64,000 bases of DNA from an uncultured Candidatus Saccharibacteria bacterium (GTDB taxonomy: Bacteria; Patescibacteriota; Minisyncoccia; Phycocordibacterales; UBA2100): the NCBI GenBank assembly GCA_964633425.1, contig CAZWFX010000005.1:1750-65749 (forward strand), in the 5' to 3' direction. Numbering within the stretch: the stretch's first letter is position 1; every line of letters begins with the position of its first letter. Position numbers and translations under genes: made by a program. The notes under the pieces are model-generated. The model was not told where the DNA came from and did not search any database. It was given only the letters and a program-made list of their open reading frames with translations. This document shows, piece by piece, positions 48,401 to 53,459 of this stretch.

Positions 48401-49516
48401 CAGCACCACATTCTCCGGTAGCTCCGGCAGGTCCTCTTCGTCGGTGACAACATCCGACAACAGATCCCGATACTGCGCATCGATCCATACCGCATCAAGA
48501 TACAGGTCGACGGCGGAGTCGTTGTTGCGATCGTACTCGATCACAACCTTGATATCGGACATTTCTTCCCACGACGCCACATCGTCGAGCGTCGCGGTGA
48601 AGTAGCCGCCGTTGGACGCGTTGGAGAGCTGCTTGTTGAGGAAGATCTCGCCCACCTCGCGCCATTTGCCCGCGTGGTAGTAACGGACTTCGAGCTTGTC
48701 GTCGACAAGCTCTGTTTCTCCGATGCCGGCAGCAAACGAAAAGTTGAGGCTCGCCTTTTGAAAATTTGTTTCGGTGATCTCGCCGGAAACGGTAAAGCCG
48801 TCGAACTGAATCGTGTGACATTCCTTTTGCTGCAAAAAACAGGTCGGCACGTCTTCTGTCATTGCCGGCGTTTCTGCGCCGCCGCCCGCCGTCTCGTCCG
48901 GAAGCGCGCTTTCGGTGGTGGTTGCATATACGGTCTTCACAAGCGAAGACGTGATCGTATGAAATATTTTGGAGACGCTTGTTTCGACCGGGGGCGCTTC
49001 GGTTGCGGGTGCCGTCGGCGTTTCTGCAGGAGTTGCTGCAGGAGTTTCTGTCGGAACTGCTGACGGTGTCTCTACCGGCGCACTCGGTGTCTGCTCCGGG
49101 ACCACCGCAGGCGGTACCTGTTCGGGCTCAGCCGTCGGCGCTTCTGATTCTGACGGTGCGGCCTCGGGAGTGGTAGTTGCGTTCTCGACCGGTTGCTGTT
49201 CAGTGCTATCCGGTGCGGACGACGGAATGTTCGGCGTCTCGACGACGGGCGTATTTCCTGCGATCGAGAGATGCGCCGAGTTCGTCGTGTCGAACGATTC
49301 GAACGGCGCATTCGCACCGAGCTCCTGTGAGAGCGCTGCCTCGGGAGTATCCCATCCTGTAGCAGTCGTAGCCGTCGGAAAAACGTGTGCGCTTTTTGTC
49401 TCACGATAGGCGGTCACGTAATGCCCTGTCGTGTACATCGCATACGCAACAACCGCCGCAGCAAAAAGAGCCGCTGCGACGCGATTTCTGCGCACGTTGA
49501 GGTGAGAGAGCCTCAT
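30407..49516 (-). CDS. Giant mosaic cell-surface protein (6,369 aa): N-terminal anchor, P/E/T/A linker, FN3-like, propeller-like, beta-helix-like, DUF2341/LamG-like and Cys-rich C-terminal modules
   Basis: Single uninterrupted 19.1-kb ORF starting at an ATG. TM/signal anchor VAAALFAAAVVAYAMYTTG. Linker TPEAAPSESEAPTAEPEQVPPAVVPEQTPSAPVETPSAVPTE. FN3-like units end TTYYWRVRA three times. W(N/D)GxxW blade-like repeats. DUF2341-like WSKRQKVVVSNPTASVLTNQAVQIVVPYDADMQSDFDDLRFTDSTGTTSISYWIE. Confidence 0.9.
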   Translation of the reverse strand: MRLSHLNVRRNRVAAALFAAAVVAYAMYTTGHYVTAYRETKSAHVFPTATTATGWDTPEAALSQELGANAPFESFDTTNSAHLSIAGNTPVVETPNIPSSAPDSTEQQPVENATTTPEAAPSESEAPTAEPEQVPPAVVPEQTPSAPVETPSAVPTETPAATPAETPTAPATEAPPVETSVSKIFHTITSSLVKTVYATTTESALPDETAGGGAETPAMTEDVPTCFLQQKECHTIQFDGFTVSGEITETNFQKASLNFSFAAGIGETELVDDKLEVRYYHAGKWREVGEIFLNKQLSNASNGGYFTATLDDVASWEEMSDIKVVIEYDRNNDSAVDLYLDAVWIDAQYRDLLSDVVTDEEDLPELPENVVLELNEGGAVGELVLSDGAHVSFPYTDDLDDSLVIRADKVTYSHTGDVVYASLTNTSGVADSVRLYTAFPRGFGSVVDISELKKNVPTTTETPQYQEVTYLCDAGWKPLEVNATSTDAVATSTPGALSRCEATDEERVCSVLNDDNTNCSVDQVQVGSESSVTYTSGWVPLVSIDGQGDQDSLSGFLPPLYRVLSKTTETIDILPGQTVYVRMRLESNETDTLQFTLLAQGATISGDLQSELLKSERELKGGEPLAKKKGNSRMFGRAEFDGDELPAFKFQFKSKRNFVSRGLNVLLGRGNEFGVTGVTFLRDDGTEVTLPVSVEYGEDGQWTLEIKTHPREFRPGKYMADIVMHEGTDEFTERVEFYWGVLAMNINQSSYRPGETVPIALAALDDSGDTICDADIRLAVTDPTGTSTPVSVEQSGLCGDNNIIDVADYLAVYTTSLPGSYTAVATEYDDRGLIVHRVYDTFEVRAEVPFTIRRAGMTRIYPVAAYTMDLELTSSADFTGEFVESVPADFDILTSDGAEIRMYGGAKNLVWPVELKSGESMKVSYTYDAPDISPYMYLLGPAQVQGESGLPFEEPRQWKIASDATGNMLLYWDSTYIPTGWTCVSCLPADSFYQRFVMGSSTAGTNGGAATTAHTATGAVAASASSQTVGANNQATPVVAHTHTFTPTITATSTLPAYRQLAIIQFNTAGEPSSIPTGAIAMFDAAVPSGWTAYTAQNGRYIRGESTSTAGTTGGSNTHKHDVSGTTGAAATTVNAQNPGTAISVAAAAHTHTLTATTTGTISNEPPYIEVILGKLNATSSPTNQMIAMWSGDPPTGWTTTSSTSEAMANKFIKASTTYGATGGAFTHSHIDMTNAPTGGPSGVINRNNAAGTNVATAAHTHNVNITSFSTDSHLPPYRTAIFAKRVGGAAPSAPTLYDVLFANERTGTSTPAFEFSATDPDGADTIIYEFQWDDDSDLDTSPIGDRTSDVETGCSPNCFQNLTTPLNTSPFTEGNRIRFSVQTPLVSGTTYYWRVRARESGGGGTWGAWATTTSFTYLAGVEPSQWFQTTDVQFDSNTMSGAETFGSDAARLAISPSQEAFVVYGEGTVQTPRYRIWNGTAWSAESSANSVGGVIQWVVTKAAPTRDEYVSGTQDNVNDVNVQIFNGTTDTWGAVTEMTTGVANNARRGFDLTYESQSGDIMSVYCDGDADPSYRVWNGSSWSAPQTVNITSANNCEWISLASDPTSDEIILVERDTGAGYEAQVWDGSAWGNAKTLGSMTDTAHEGIAVKYEESGDQAMVVTSNGNTSGFVWTTWSGTSWGITQTQGLGDDFEWGRLRADDGSDKLSLCYIDEDADVGTLVWDGNAWDAFTTALDERDTIGNAKTDRAVDCAYETTTGRDGYVMLPYSDTAAAQYQYWNGTSWTAKAAISTIQDSWTVNAVRTSAGGVLAFFHDDVNSRYDFSDWNGISWSIATSLETVPSATTTPFYQPIDMVAQAYESSSGTMTGGTIDFDQVPGRQTWGEILWHTTEPSGTDVKLQVLYDSGSGCSTLVPDVALNANPGLNSIGYDATTSPINISGLSTSTYNRICVRATFTTTNTSAPQLDDWSVTWERQPYLTQTHFRWYANAATSLTPSDAWPSGGTDLGEDAVIPTIYSPSPNDVLRLRMSLLEENVSLSAGDLSVKLQYAEGATCSASLTWQDVGAIGSTTAKWRGYDNASLSDGATLASTLLAGSDTRATYEEANDSAVNPFSVSIGNELEYDWVIQHNATGNTNYCFRAVTSTGVTLNEYDLYPSLVTDSPPDAPTLESPFNNEALASTTPWFQFVSEDPKNDDVTYQVQIDDASDFSSVNIDRDSQNNFAEFQNLVTPSDKDPFTPSNSTRFIPSSSLSNNTTYYWRVRAKDRTKSAEWSAWSGTQSFTVDTSVTISTWKQTTLYQFSTDDHEDTEATSTDSVVISSGFTVGTTSSSLIDFDWHTTGNAWGSFSFKHSTTSSSIRYHIEYFDTDVWSLVPDADLPGNSTGFVGTTSLLSMSPTIYNQIRIRADMTNSGASPRLDDWTIAWGYAVEQPTITTLFDNEKTATTTPSFTFKSGDPQSDDLVYEVSISTTQAFTSSTTRRSSLNAGFSNTASSTDTSPFTQNNLINFTLQAVDALTNGTTYWWKVRAIDPTGGNVWSVWSDLRSFTVDTSVAVSTWFQTTDEQFQSDTLDNIETSGGKAQITSTIKEAFMVYSEGTVQVPRFRLWNGTVWGTELSGVSVGDTIRFEEAAAAPTRDEYIIMTEGSTGVVDAQVIDGATDTAGNIARINTAVSDPTQRGFDVAYETSSGDALAVACFGTEATYRVWNGSSWTATSTINLAVSTNCEWVKLVSDPTSDEIIMVVRDTTTGAVDYEALVWNGSSWGNSMTMGSQVTVANEGIAVEYEESGGQAIVAVSNGANNNFIWNSWNGSAWSGTGTVATGNDFEGGRIVRDVGTDRMTMCYIDADSDIGYVTWGGSAWTTFTEVETLGNSVNDRPVSCEYETAGSRDGYTMMVHSDTTQAEYEYWNGSATTAPAVINTVTDSAEVRTVRTGDGLIMAFFYDDANTEYDFSYWNGTTWSTEQQIEPTSITTVAPPTIPLDIVARRYPAFVAGSITSTAINFSDGTGPKWGAISFSKTTPGSSTVKLQVEYFTSTSSWALIPDSVIPGNSVGTTTTLDMSNVNRITYSTIRMKANLACVAGNCPTLNDWTLTWAQGINVQGTVQQYDQSTNVTSGTVAVAVNGVKQTGKTATITGSGTFSIANVTVFQDDIVTVFVDGAGDASEAVGITKYDGNGDITGLNLYERHLSLGSDDNQTITNNNISQFDMSVAADDDIFYDVDAGNDLTATSTGTVWDVELWVKAGTTYRPDSASSGFVSVYGLENNGTITMDGNTMTLLGSWDNNAVFNKDASTVIFAATSSTRTIDSTGASLSTFNHVTFGTASNAATWTLTTTLDVDGNLTLNFGTLSPATTAITIGGNLSIGASGTFTKGTATTTFDGSSSGTWTDSTAAKQDMGSVAIDGTTKTVQLGSAVKATNITIGSDDTLNVTASNYGIEVTGNWTNNNSFVAQSGTVTFSSTAVGKTITPGASSFYNITFNGIGGNWAFSQAVTAGNDFTIATGTVTLPSSTTTITGSFLVTGGAFQPNNGAVVFNSAATGKTVNPNSSPFYDLTFSGAGSWSFSVTNATSSRHVIITQGAVTMPSGTLAIGGSFRKTGGSFAHNNGILRFTASSAQTVQLSGSDAYQTYFSGTAGSWSFLDASATSTNNVRFEAGTSTLPSGTFAVGGSWIATNGGFTNNSGTVKFVATSTAKTITPGTSIFSTVWFDGVGGGWTLSASTTATGAFTLSNATSFTVSPSVTLAVGGAFTNAVGGSATTWATSTLSLYSGTSYSINTKTTGGDVYGTLSLGANTNIRSWNSTAATTTVASTASVYSQDNSTIGGTPVDGDLYIYGAFTSSANEYWSYATDFDGTALGVSSRQVNVRIATSSTITYNTGTLQVVGTSTATTTIQNQGTGRYAFAISGGTLNAQYYSVKNGDVNGFSISGATAITSLADGDFELGVNGGTALKVASTVIDANSALQVQRVRFATSTGITSGFNVTETGTPGSYWWFRNHYGNYAGESFDFDPGPNSGNPGYVRWDDSGFTISVSGNVYSDEGSTAIGSPACDGVTANVRIVVNFGSFASSTSCNASTGAYTISGITFSGDAVLTTYLNTNGGARAVTVTRTATANVTGLDLYQNEVIVRHEDVAPLTIASMAVYDSGDDSDIPFTAATGTPDTLTVSPGNELHVWTGKTFVPGGNMSLTSGGANGSKDGRLHIATSSVFTATGAESHSIGGGLAIQSGATFTTASSTFTFTATTTNKSIYAVAPISFWNTTFNGSGGSWSFDNGFSTTTVLNTMTFTAGTLTGTGDLTLTQGTLAGSGTVNMTGGTITLHGSGVFGNNNNWQFSTLSLGNGTNAGSSVKTGTGTTTVTGVLRINTLQRLYAATSSWVLSGSGTPFAVASGATFTAQVAPFTFSGTGATTIADQSYAALLLTPSAAGTPTYTLRGGTLSATSFAVGGTNPVLVDVNANDPALSISGSVAIGSASTLVASNVNVIDVGGSWSNLGTFTSSAGTVNFNSSDTGETIDPGQSSFATLSFNGVGGGWTILQSATSTGDTSLMNATSFTLSPNKTLAVGGTFTNSVGGSATTWATSTLSLSSGTSYSINTKSAGNDVYGTLLIGANTDVRMWNSSAATTTVNSTGSLYSQDHAGVDGSLYIWGEYVRSTGSDYWSYLTDFDGTSLATSTPRGVSVLIATSSSITLSGGSLDITGTTTATTTIQNQGTGRYAFTVSGGTFNAQYYQIRNTDPNGLSFTGSPTVTSISDGDLQLGVNGGSTITVAGTVIDANPLKIFQRNNFSTTTGSGITSGFNVKATGSSGSSWKFNLHYGAFGGEAYDSDPDGDPGYLRWDDSASSISVSGNVYSDEGSTVSGACNGSTQVVRLKVQGAGTYTSSCSSATGAYSISGVAFNPGDTLTVFLDNATGTRRAANVSIDPISSISNMHLYENRVIVRHEDTSPITIAKMAQYDADQDSDIPFNATDAATDTLVATGTKLIVFTGKTFTPGGNITLIGGAANAYDATLEVATSSSLIAANNQYYSIGGSLIIGSSATFTSASSTITMTATTTGKTITLNNSTLYNIVFSGTGGNWAFSGSTMTALGDFLVTAGTVNLPTATSTVAGSFLNSGGTLQHNNGTLYLTATSTGKVVRLNNSNLYNLEFNGTGGAWSFADASATSSNNVTITAGTVTAPTTMLTVGGSFQNFGTYTAGVGTTKFTANATGKSIRFGGSALYNILIDGVGGGWTITDASATATRDFTILHGTTTLPTGTFTVGGSWTTTGAGFTAATTSTVLFNATTTGKTIDPGISSFGGVTFNSAAGGWTVSQSATSTGDTTITAATSFTLSPNKTLAIGGTFTNSVGGSATTWATSTLYLFSGTNYSINTKSAGNDVYGTLLVGANTDVRMWKSTAATTTVTSTGSLYSQDNAAINGTAVAGNLYIWGEYVRSSGNDYWSYATDFDGAALGGSSRIANVRIATSSSVTISGGSLDIVGAAGATTTIQNQGTGSYAFTVSGGTFNATRYQIRNTDVNGLNFTGTPAITSLDLGDFQLGVNGGSMISVSGAAIDANASKQISYVQFATSTGVSSGYNVSLTSSSTAAWTFLSHYGNYAGESYDYDGADTCGKIRWSDSSCLFVNQGHYRWRNDDGGVGAPTTEWYNASWSKRQKVVVSNPTASVLTNQAVQIVVPYDADMQSDFDDLRFTDSTGTTSISYWIERTIASASSTVWVKLPSVPANGSSVIYMYYGNSGASDASNGSNTFKTFEDFESGSVSGYSGDTSLFNVGTTYNHNHTYGLDAGTNFNDFTTSGLYKTGSLSAQGDTIHFYQYVDDSRDDEPCTLFGVGGSANNYAVCLDHYPVERISIAKNVTRNDESGTVLASTTVSYSTGWYDVRVDWLTSNAINVTVLNDDGSAFATLNTTDSSHTSGGYGFSYWAMKGGWDFFSVRPYVSATPTYVFGTEQISDGASWLAAEDTVTSGISTGQNVRVRFTVQNTGAPLSSKQFKLQFAAKDALNCESSTNFQDVPAQSSPSCTGKAACMAPSSQFVDQTSISDLLSRPASMSFTQGKIVEDTSATTNAINVGTNEATEVEFNFQLTTNAVANSYCFRTARTDTGALDSYDHVAEIGLTFPPTISNFNFPLLYYATSSGIALTEGTTTLVYATGTVTDFNGYADIVLASSTIYRSGVGSTCSANDNNCYKVPSCALSLCSGNSCTITCSANVQYFAEPTDAQSPSYSAENWLASVRIQDAAGLSATATTSAEMGTMRGLSVNTSIAYDDDTIPGMDPGANTGSRLATTTVTNTGNSPIDIRLSGENVGSIPVNSQKYSTSTFTYASCSVCALLSGPSTPVGAGLNIPKATASTTPTTSDVYWGISIPIPTATGLQQGTNYFEAGAP
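32700..38500 (-). repeat. Three tandem in-frame copies of a conserved ~0.95-kb core, period ~2.3-2.45 kb, inside the giant ORF
   Basis: Core copies lie at about 37460-38450, 35030-35990 and 32700-33650. Shared DNA markers: tttgtattaatagagtaaYtcgtgcccga near 33440, 35760 and 38210. Shared peptides: TSFT(L/V)SP..TLA(V/I)GG(T/A)FTN(S/A)VGGSATTWATSTL and TTTIQNQGTG(R/S)YAF..SGGT(L/F)NA. Confidence 0.8.
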
Positions 49517-49578
49517 GTTTTCGGGAGCTTTTTTCTATACGGAAAACACGCCAAAAAATGGCGGAGATCCGTTCCCTA

Positions 49579-49587
49579 ATTTTAGCA
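49579..49587 (-). promoter_or_regulatory. Candidate extended -10 element (TGCTAAAAT) upstream of the giant ORF
   Basis: The minus strand reads TGCTAAAAT about 63 nt upstream of the ATG at 49516, inside the only sizeable intergenic gap (49517-49666). Confidence 0.25.
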
Positions 49588-49666
49588 CCCTACAAACGCG
49601 ATTTTGTCCTGATTTCAAGCCAAAACTGGACAATTTCTGGGGGTAAAATCCCCACTTTTCAGAAAG

Positions 49667-51151
49667 TTATCCCCGAATCGTCTTTTTGAGCTCATCCATG
49701 CCGGTATCCACGATCTCCTCCGAGATCTCGAGGACCTCTTTTATACGCTCCAAAAGGTCGCGCTCCGTGGGCGTCAGCTGCGGCTTGTCGTCCAGATCCT
49801 GGACCATCTGCTCGAACTCTTCGCGCATCGCCGAGAAGATCTTGTCGTTTTTGTCGCGCACCGCCGCCACCTCCTGCAGCACGTGGAGCCGATCACTGTC
49901 GACATGTTTACGTTTTTGTATGTTAAGCGTCGTGAGTACACCGATCACGAATGCAAAAATGAGCAGTAGTATTCGTTCGGTCGTGAAGAACCCGGGAGCC
50001 TCCACAACTTCGCCGGGTTTTGCACCCTTTACGGGTTTCGCGACAACGGGCAGGTTTAGATCTTTTTCCGATTCCCGGATATTCCCCGCCTTATCGAACG
50101 CCTTGATGAGAACTTTTTGCACCCCTCCTTCCTGCGGCGGCACCAGGTAACCGTCCGTGAGGTCCGCATCTTTTACACTGCCCACCTGGGTGCCACCGAT
50201 GTAAATTTCGTAACGATCCATACCCGAGAGCTCGTCAGTTGTTTTCATCGAGAACTTCGGCGTATTCGCGTTGTCACCCTGATCAAGCAGCCCCACATCA
50301 AACGCGAGCGGCTGGACGGTATCGATCATGATCTTTCGCTTACCGACCTCGCCCCACCCCGCTTCGTTCTTGTATTGGAGATAGAAATACCAGACGCCGT
50401 CTGCAATCCCGGTTTGTGTCGACGATGAGACGTCTGCTTTCAGTACCTGTGTCGGCTTTTCGTCTTCTTTACTGCTGAAAAGCCACCTGATTGAGGTGAC
50501 GTCGGGCGGAACCTTCCAATCCATCTTGACCGTGCTTGTTCCGTACCAATTTTCTGCTTTCGGATGTGTAGCCGAATTGATCGTCGGCGCGATAGGCGGC
50601 GAACCGCCGAACGCCTCCCCTGCAGGCTCGGGCTCCGCCGCGGGCTCAGGCGGCGGCGCAGCGGCGGCCTCTTTGATGGTGTAGGTTGCTTCGCCGCCCT
50701 TGGTGTACACGTTTGTCCCCTTACCGTCTGCCGCAAGGACCGAACCCTTTGCAAAACTCAGCTTTGCATCGCCGACTTTCTTGCCTTTGAATTTGATCGT
50801 GATCACGGTGCCGGATTTTGAAAAGGCTGACGGCGTGCCGCCGCTGAAATCGATAGTACCTGCACTGTTTGAAAAGGTCGGGTCGGCGGTCCAGAGCGAA
50901 AAGGCCGAGCCGTCCTTTGTGACGCTGGAGACCGATAGAACGTCTTTGTCGAACAGAATCTGCCCGTCCGCGGCGTTTACACTGTCGACACCCGGATTGA
51001 CGAGCACTTTGACCGAAAATTCTTTGCCGGAATCGAACGAACCGGTCGCCGGCGAGAACGACATCTCTGCGGCGGAGACAGCGAACGGCACCACACTTAA
51101 AAGCGCCGTAAGTATGAAAATATATGCATGCGTTCGGCGTGTCTGCTTCAT
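49667..51151 (-). CDS. Cohesin-like domain protein with C-proximal TM and cytoplasmic coiled-coil tail
   Basis: 560-aa ORF trimmed to M67 (MKQTRRTHAYIFILTALLSVVPFAVSAAE, signal peptide). Cohesin-like MSFSPATGSFDSGKEFSVKVLVNPGVDSVNAADGQILFDKDVLSVSSVTKDGSAFSLWTADPTFSNSAGTIDFSGG. TM ILLLIFAFVIGVLTTLNI. Confidence 0.8.
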   Translation of the reverse strand: MKQTRRTHAYIFILTALLSVVPFAVSAAEMSFSPATGSFDSGKEFSVKVLVNPGVDSVNAADGQILFDKDVLSVSSVTKDGSAFSLWTADPTFSNSAGTIDFSGGTPSAFSKSGTVITIKFKGKKVGDAKLSFAKGSVLAADGKGTNVYTKGGEATYTIKEAAAAPPPEPAAEPEPAGEAFGGSPPIAPTINSATHPKAENWYGTSTVKMDWKVPPDVTSIRWLFSSKEDEKPTQVLKADVSSSTQTGIADGVWYFYLQYKNEAGWGEVGKRKIMIDTVQPLAFDVGLLDQGDNANTPKFSMKTTDELSGMDRYEIYIGGTQVGSVKDADLTDGYLVPPQEGGVQKVLIKAFDKAGNIRESEKDLNLPVVAKPVKGAKPGEVVEAPGFFTTERILLLIFAFVIGVLTTLNIQKRKHVDSDRLHVLQEVAAVRDKNDKIFSAMREEFEQMVQDLDDKPQLTPTERDLLERIKEVLEISEEIVDTGMDELKKTIRG

Positions 51152-51192
51152 GCGGGTGCGTTTCGCGGTCACGAAACGTGTGTGAAAATTGA

Positions 51193-51669
51193 TCAGGCCT
51201 TGTTGACCCGGATACGAATGCCCGAACTCTCTCCCTTTTTCAACGGAAGCAGGAGCATCAGCACGCCCTCTTTCATCACAGCCTCGGTACGGTCGGAATC
51301 GACCTCGGAAGGCAAGATGATCTGCCGATAGAAATTTCCCCACGAACATTCTTCGAGGATCTTTTCGCGGCCTTCGGCAGTCGGCAACTGAAAATGTTCA
51401 CCTTCCGGGCGCTTTCGCTCGCCCTTTATCGTGACGATGTCACCATCGCCCTCGATAGTGACGCCAAAATCATCGACGTTCGACCCGGCAAGCTGTGCGT
51501 AGATGATGATGGCTCCTGGAATTTTGTAGATGTCGACCGGAAGCTGTTCATCCGTCGACGGATTACCGGGTGATTTTTCTGCTTGCATCACAACCTTGTC
51601 CTGTTTTTTGTCCTCGGGTGCACCCGGGATCACGTCTTTTGCTTTCAAGCGCTGTAAAAAGGACGACAT
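51193..51669 (-). CDS. Small heat-shock protein, Hsp20/alpha-crystallin family
   Basis: 158-aa ORF with the alpha-crystallin pattern PVDIYKIPGAIIIYAQLAGSNVDDFGVTIEGDGDIVTIKGERK...FYRQIILPSEVDSDRTEAVMKEGVLMLLLPLK. Confidence 0.9.
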   Translation of the reverse strand: MSSFLQRLKAKDVIPGAPEDKKQDKVVMQAEKSPGNPSTDEQLPVDIYKIPGAIIIYAQLAGSNVDDFGVTIEGDGDIVTIKGERKRPEGEHFQLPTAEGREKILEECSWGNFYRQIILPSEVDSDRTEAVMKEGVLMLLLPLKKGESSGIRIRVNKA

Positions 51670-51687
51670 ACAAAGTATTCGTACTCG

Positions 51688-51693
51688 TATTAT
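51688..51693 (-). promoter_or_regulatory. Candidate -10 box (TATAAT) upstream of the Hsp20 gene
   Basis: The minus strand reads GCGCTATAATACGAG. The hexamer ends about 18 nt upstream of the ATG at 51669. No clear -35 element. Confidence 0.25.
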
Positions 51694-51770
51694 AGCGCTA
51701 AACGTTCTCGCGAATGATCCGCGTGCGATGCATTCGTGTGGATAGCATCTTCACGCACTGTGTTTGTGTA

Positions 51771-52361
51771 TCAATAGCGATGTTCTCCCGGAAATGCGGC
51801 GAACTTCGTGATCGGAAAAACGCGCGCAAACGCGCGACCAACGATGAATTTTTGTTGCAGCGGTCCCCACACTCGCGAATCTGAACTTTCTTTTCGATTA
51901 TCACCGAGTACGAAATACTCGTCGCGCTCGAGCGTGATCTCGAGCGGTCGTGTCTCCGGCGAGACCGAGGATACATACGGCTCATCCAGACGCAGCGGCT
52001 CGCTCATAGAGCTACTTTGTACCGTGACCACGTTATGGTCGATCCGCACCGTCTCACCGGGCAATCCGATGACACGTTTTACGAAGTACACGCTCGGGTC
52101 AAGCGGATATTTGAATATAACGACATCACCGCGCACGGGTTCGGTACGACGGTACGTGAGCTGATCCACGATCAGGTACTCCTGCGGCTCGAGCGTGGTA
52201 CTCATGGACTCGCCGGAGACTATGAACGGCTGCGCAACGAACACGCGGAACGGCGCGACCACGAGCAGCGAAATGAGCGTGTATTTAGCAATCTCGAGGA
52301 GCATGCTCCCCTCGCGCTTGGTTTCCCCGTCGTGCGTGCGGGTACGAGAGAAAAATCCCAT
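51771..52361 (-). CDS. lepB: Signal peptidase I
   Basis: 210-aa ORF (GTG start) trimmed to the ATG at M15. Catalytic-Ser motif FIVSGESMSTTL, Lys box YFVKRVIGLPGETV, and YFVLGDNRKESSDSRVWG. Confidence 0.9.
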   Translation of the reverse strand: MGFFSRTRTHDGETKREGSMLLEIAKYTLISLLVVAPFRVFVAQPFIVSGESMSTTLEPQEYLIVDQLTYRRTEPVRGDVVIFKYPLDPSVYFVKRVIGLPGETVRIDHNVVTVQSSSMSEPLRLDEPYVSSVSPETRPLEITLERDEYFVLGDNRKESSDSRVWGPLQQKFIVGRAFARVFPITKFAAFPGEHRY

Positions 52362-52368
52362 GTAAAAA

Positions 52369-52503
52369 CTATACCGAGTTCGCGAGACTCTGAATGAGGT
52401 CACCGATGAAGTGCAGTATGTACACGATCATGTTGATGAACAGCATGATTATCTGCACGAGAAAATCAAGGATGGTTTTCAGAAATCCGTACAAGGGGTC
52501 CAT
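52369..52503 (-). CDS. Small hydrophobic protein (44 aa), below the ORF-track length cut-off
   Basis: ATG at 52503 and TAG at 52369-52371. Reads MDPLYGFLKTILDFLVQIIMLFINMIVYILHFIGDLIQSLANSV. It fills the gap between the PKD-protein stop (52526) and the lepB ATG (52361). Confidence 0.4.
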   Translation of the reverse strand: MDPLYGFLKTILDFLVQIIMLFINMIVYILHFIGDLIQSLANSV

Positions 52504-52525
52504 GACGGAAGTATATCAAACGCGC

Positions 52526-53092
52526 TTATTTGACGCGGATATCGATCTTTGTTTCCGTTACGACCGCATCATCCTTTTTGATCTGCGCGGCAAATGATGT
52601 GTTTGTGGCGGCAGTATAGGTGTGTTGCAAGACGATCGTGCACATACCGTCGCTGCCTTGTGTGCAGCCGCCGTCGGCATTCTGTGCGATCGTAAGCGGC
52701 GTCGATGAGCTGTCCCCGAAATCAACAGTGTATCCGAGACCCGGCGCCTTTACGGTGAACTTAACTTTCAGCGGCGACGTGCCGGAGGACGGCTGTGCAG
52801 TGAAGGTGGCCATTTCAGTCTGCGGTGCGCACGCATTTGCCCGCCAGAACGTCTTGCACTTGAGTTTCTCGATCTGTTCCTGCAACAGATTTTTCTGATC
52901 TTCGGACACCTGCACCGACTTACTGAGATCGCCGATCTGTGTCTCCATACGCGCGATTGTCTGTCGTGCTGTTTCGTTCTGCGCGTAAAAGGAGTAGGTA
53001 CCAAATCCGCCAATCGCTCCGATAAGGATAAGACAAATTACAAACAGGACCCACGTACGGCCTGATGATCGCTGTGGTTCTCGAGGAGGCAT
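52526..53092 (-). CDS. Membrane-anchored coiled-coil protein with C-terminal PKD-like domain
   Basis: 188-aa ORF with TM WVLFVICLILIGAIGGFGTYSF. PKD-like FTAQPSSGTSPLKVKFTVKAPGLGYTVDFGDSSS...HTYTAATNTSFAAQI. Confidence 0.8.
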   Translation of the reverse strand: MPPREPQRSSGRTWVLFVICLILIGAIGGFGTYSFYAQNETARQTIARMETQIGDLSKSVQVSEDQKNLLQEQIEKLKCKTFWRANACAPQTEMATFTAQPSSGTSPLKVKFTVKAPGLGYTVDFGDSSSTPLTIAQNADGGCTQGSDGMCTIVLQHTYTAATNTSFAAQIKKDDAVVTETKIDIRVK

Positions 53093-53417
53093 GCGAGATA
53101 TCCTATCACAATGAAAAGCACGGCCGGAGGACGGCGTTCATCTGAGAATAAGGCAGGGCTCGGTCGACCGCTCGAATGGGTAAGCAAGTGACGGGCTCGG
53201 CCACAAATATTTCGTCGCCGACACTCGGATTTGTCTGGGCACTGCCGGGACTAGGCCAAGAGCTCGAATGCGCAAGTGACGGACTCGGCCAAGCGCTCGC
53301 TTTTCGCCGTCGCGAAAAAGCTCCGCTCGGCCCTGGTTTTGCGAGCCCGAAAGCTTTCGGGCACCCGCGCAAAACCCTTCGAGTCCCGACGCAGAGCGCC
53401 CCACGCCCTGCTTCACT

Positions 53418-53459
53418 GCGCAAATGAAAAACGCCCCGAAGGGCGTCGTTCATTTGCGC
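53418..53459 (-). terminator. Extended hairpin / Rho-independent terminator candidate at the end of the RT ORF
   Basis: The minus strand reads CGCAAATGAA-CG-ACGCCC-TTCG-GGGCGT-TTT-TTCATTTGCG: an inner 6-bp stem with a UUCG loop followed by T5, plus a 10-bp outer stem. The RT ORF stop (53450-53452) lies inside the hairpin. Confidence 0.5.

Noticed and set aside
6386-49516. Additional DGR variable repeats in the C-termini of the giant proteins
   Set aside because: By eye there is no RFVFARR-like end or TR-like DNA. The string acgagcgaaaacgaagcg occurs only at 55021 and 55488. This was not a computed search.
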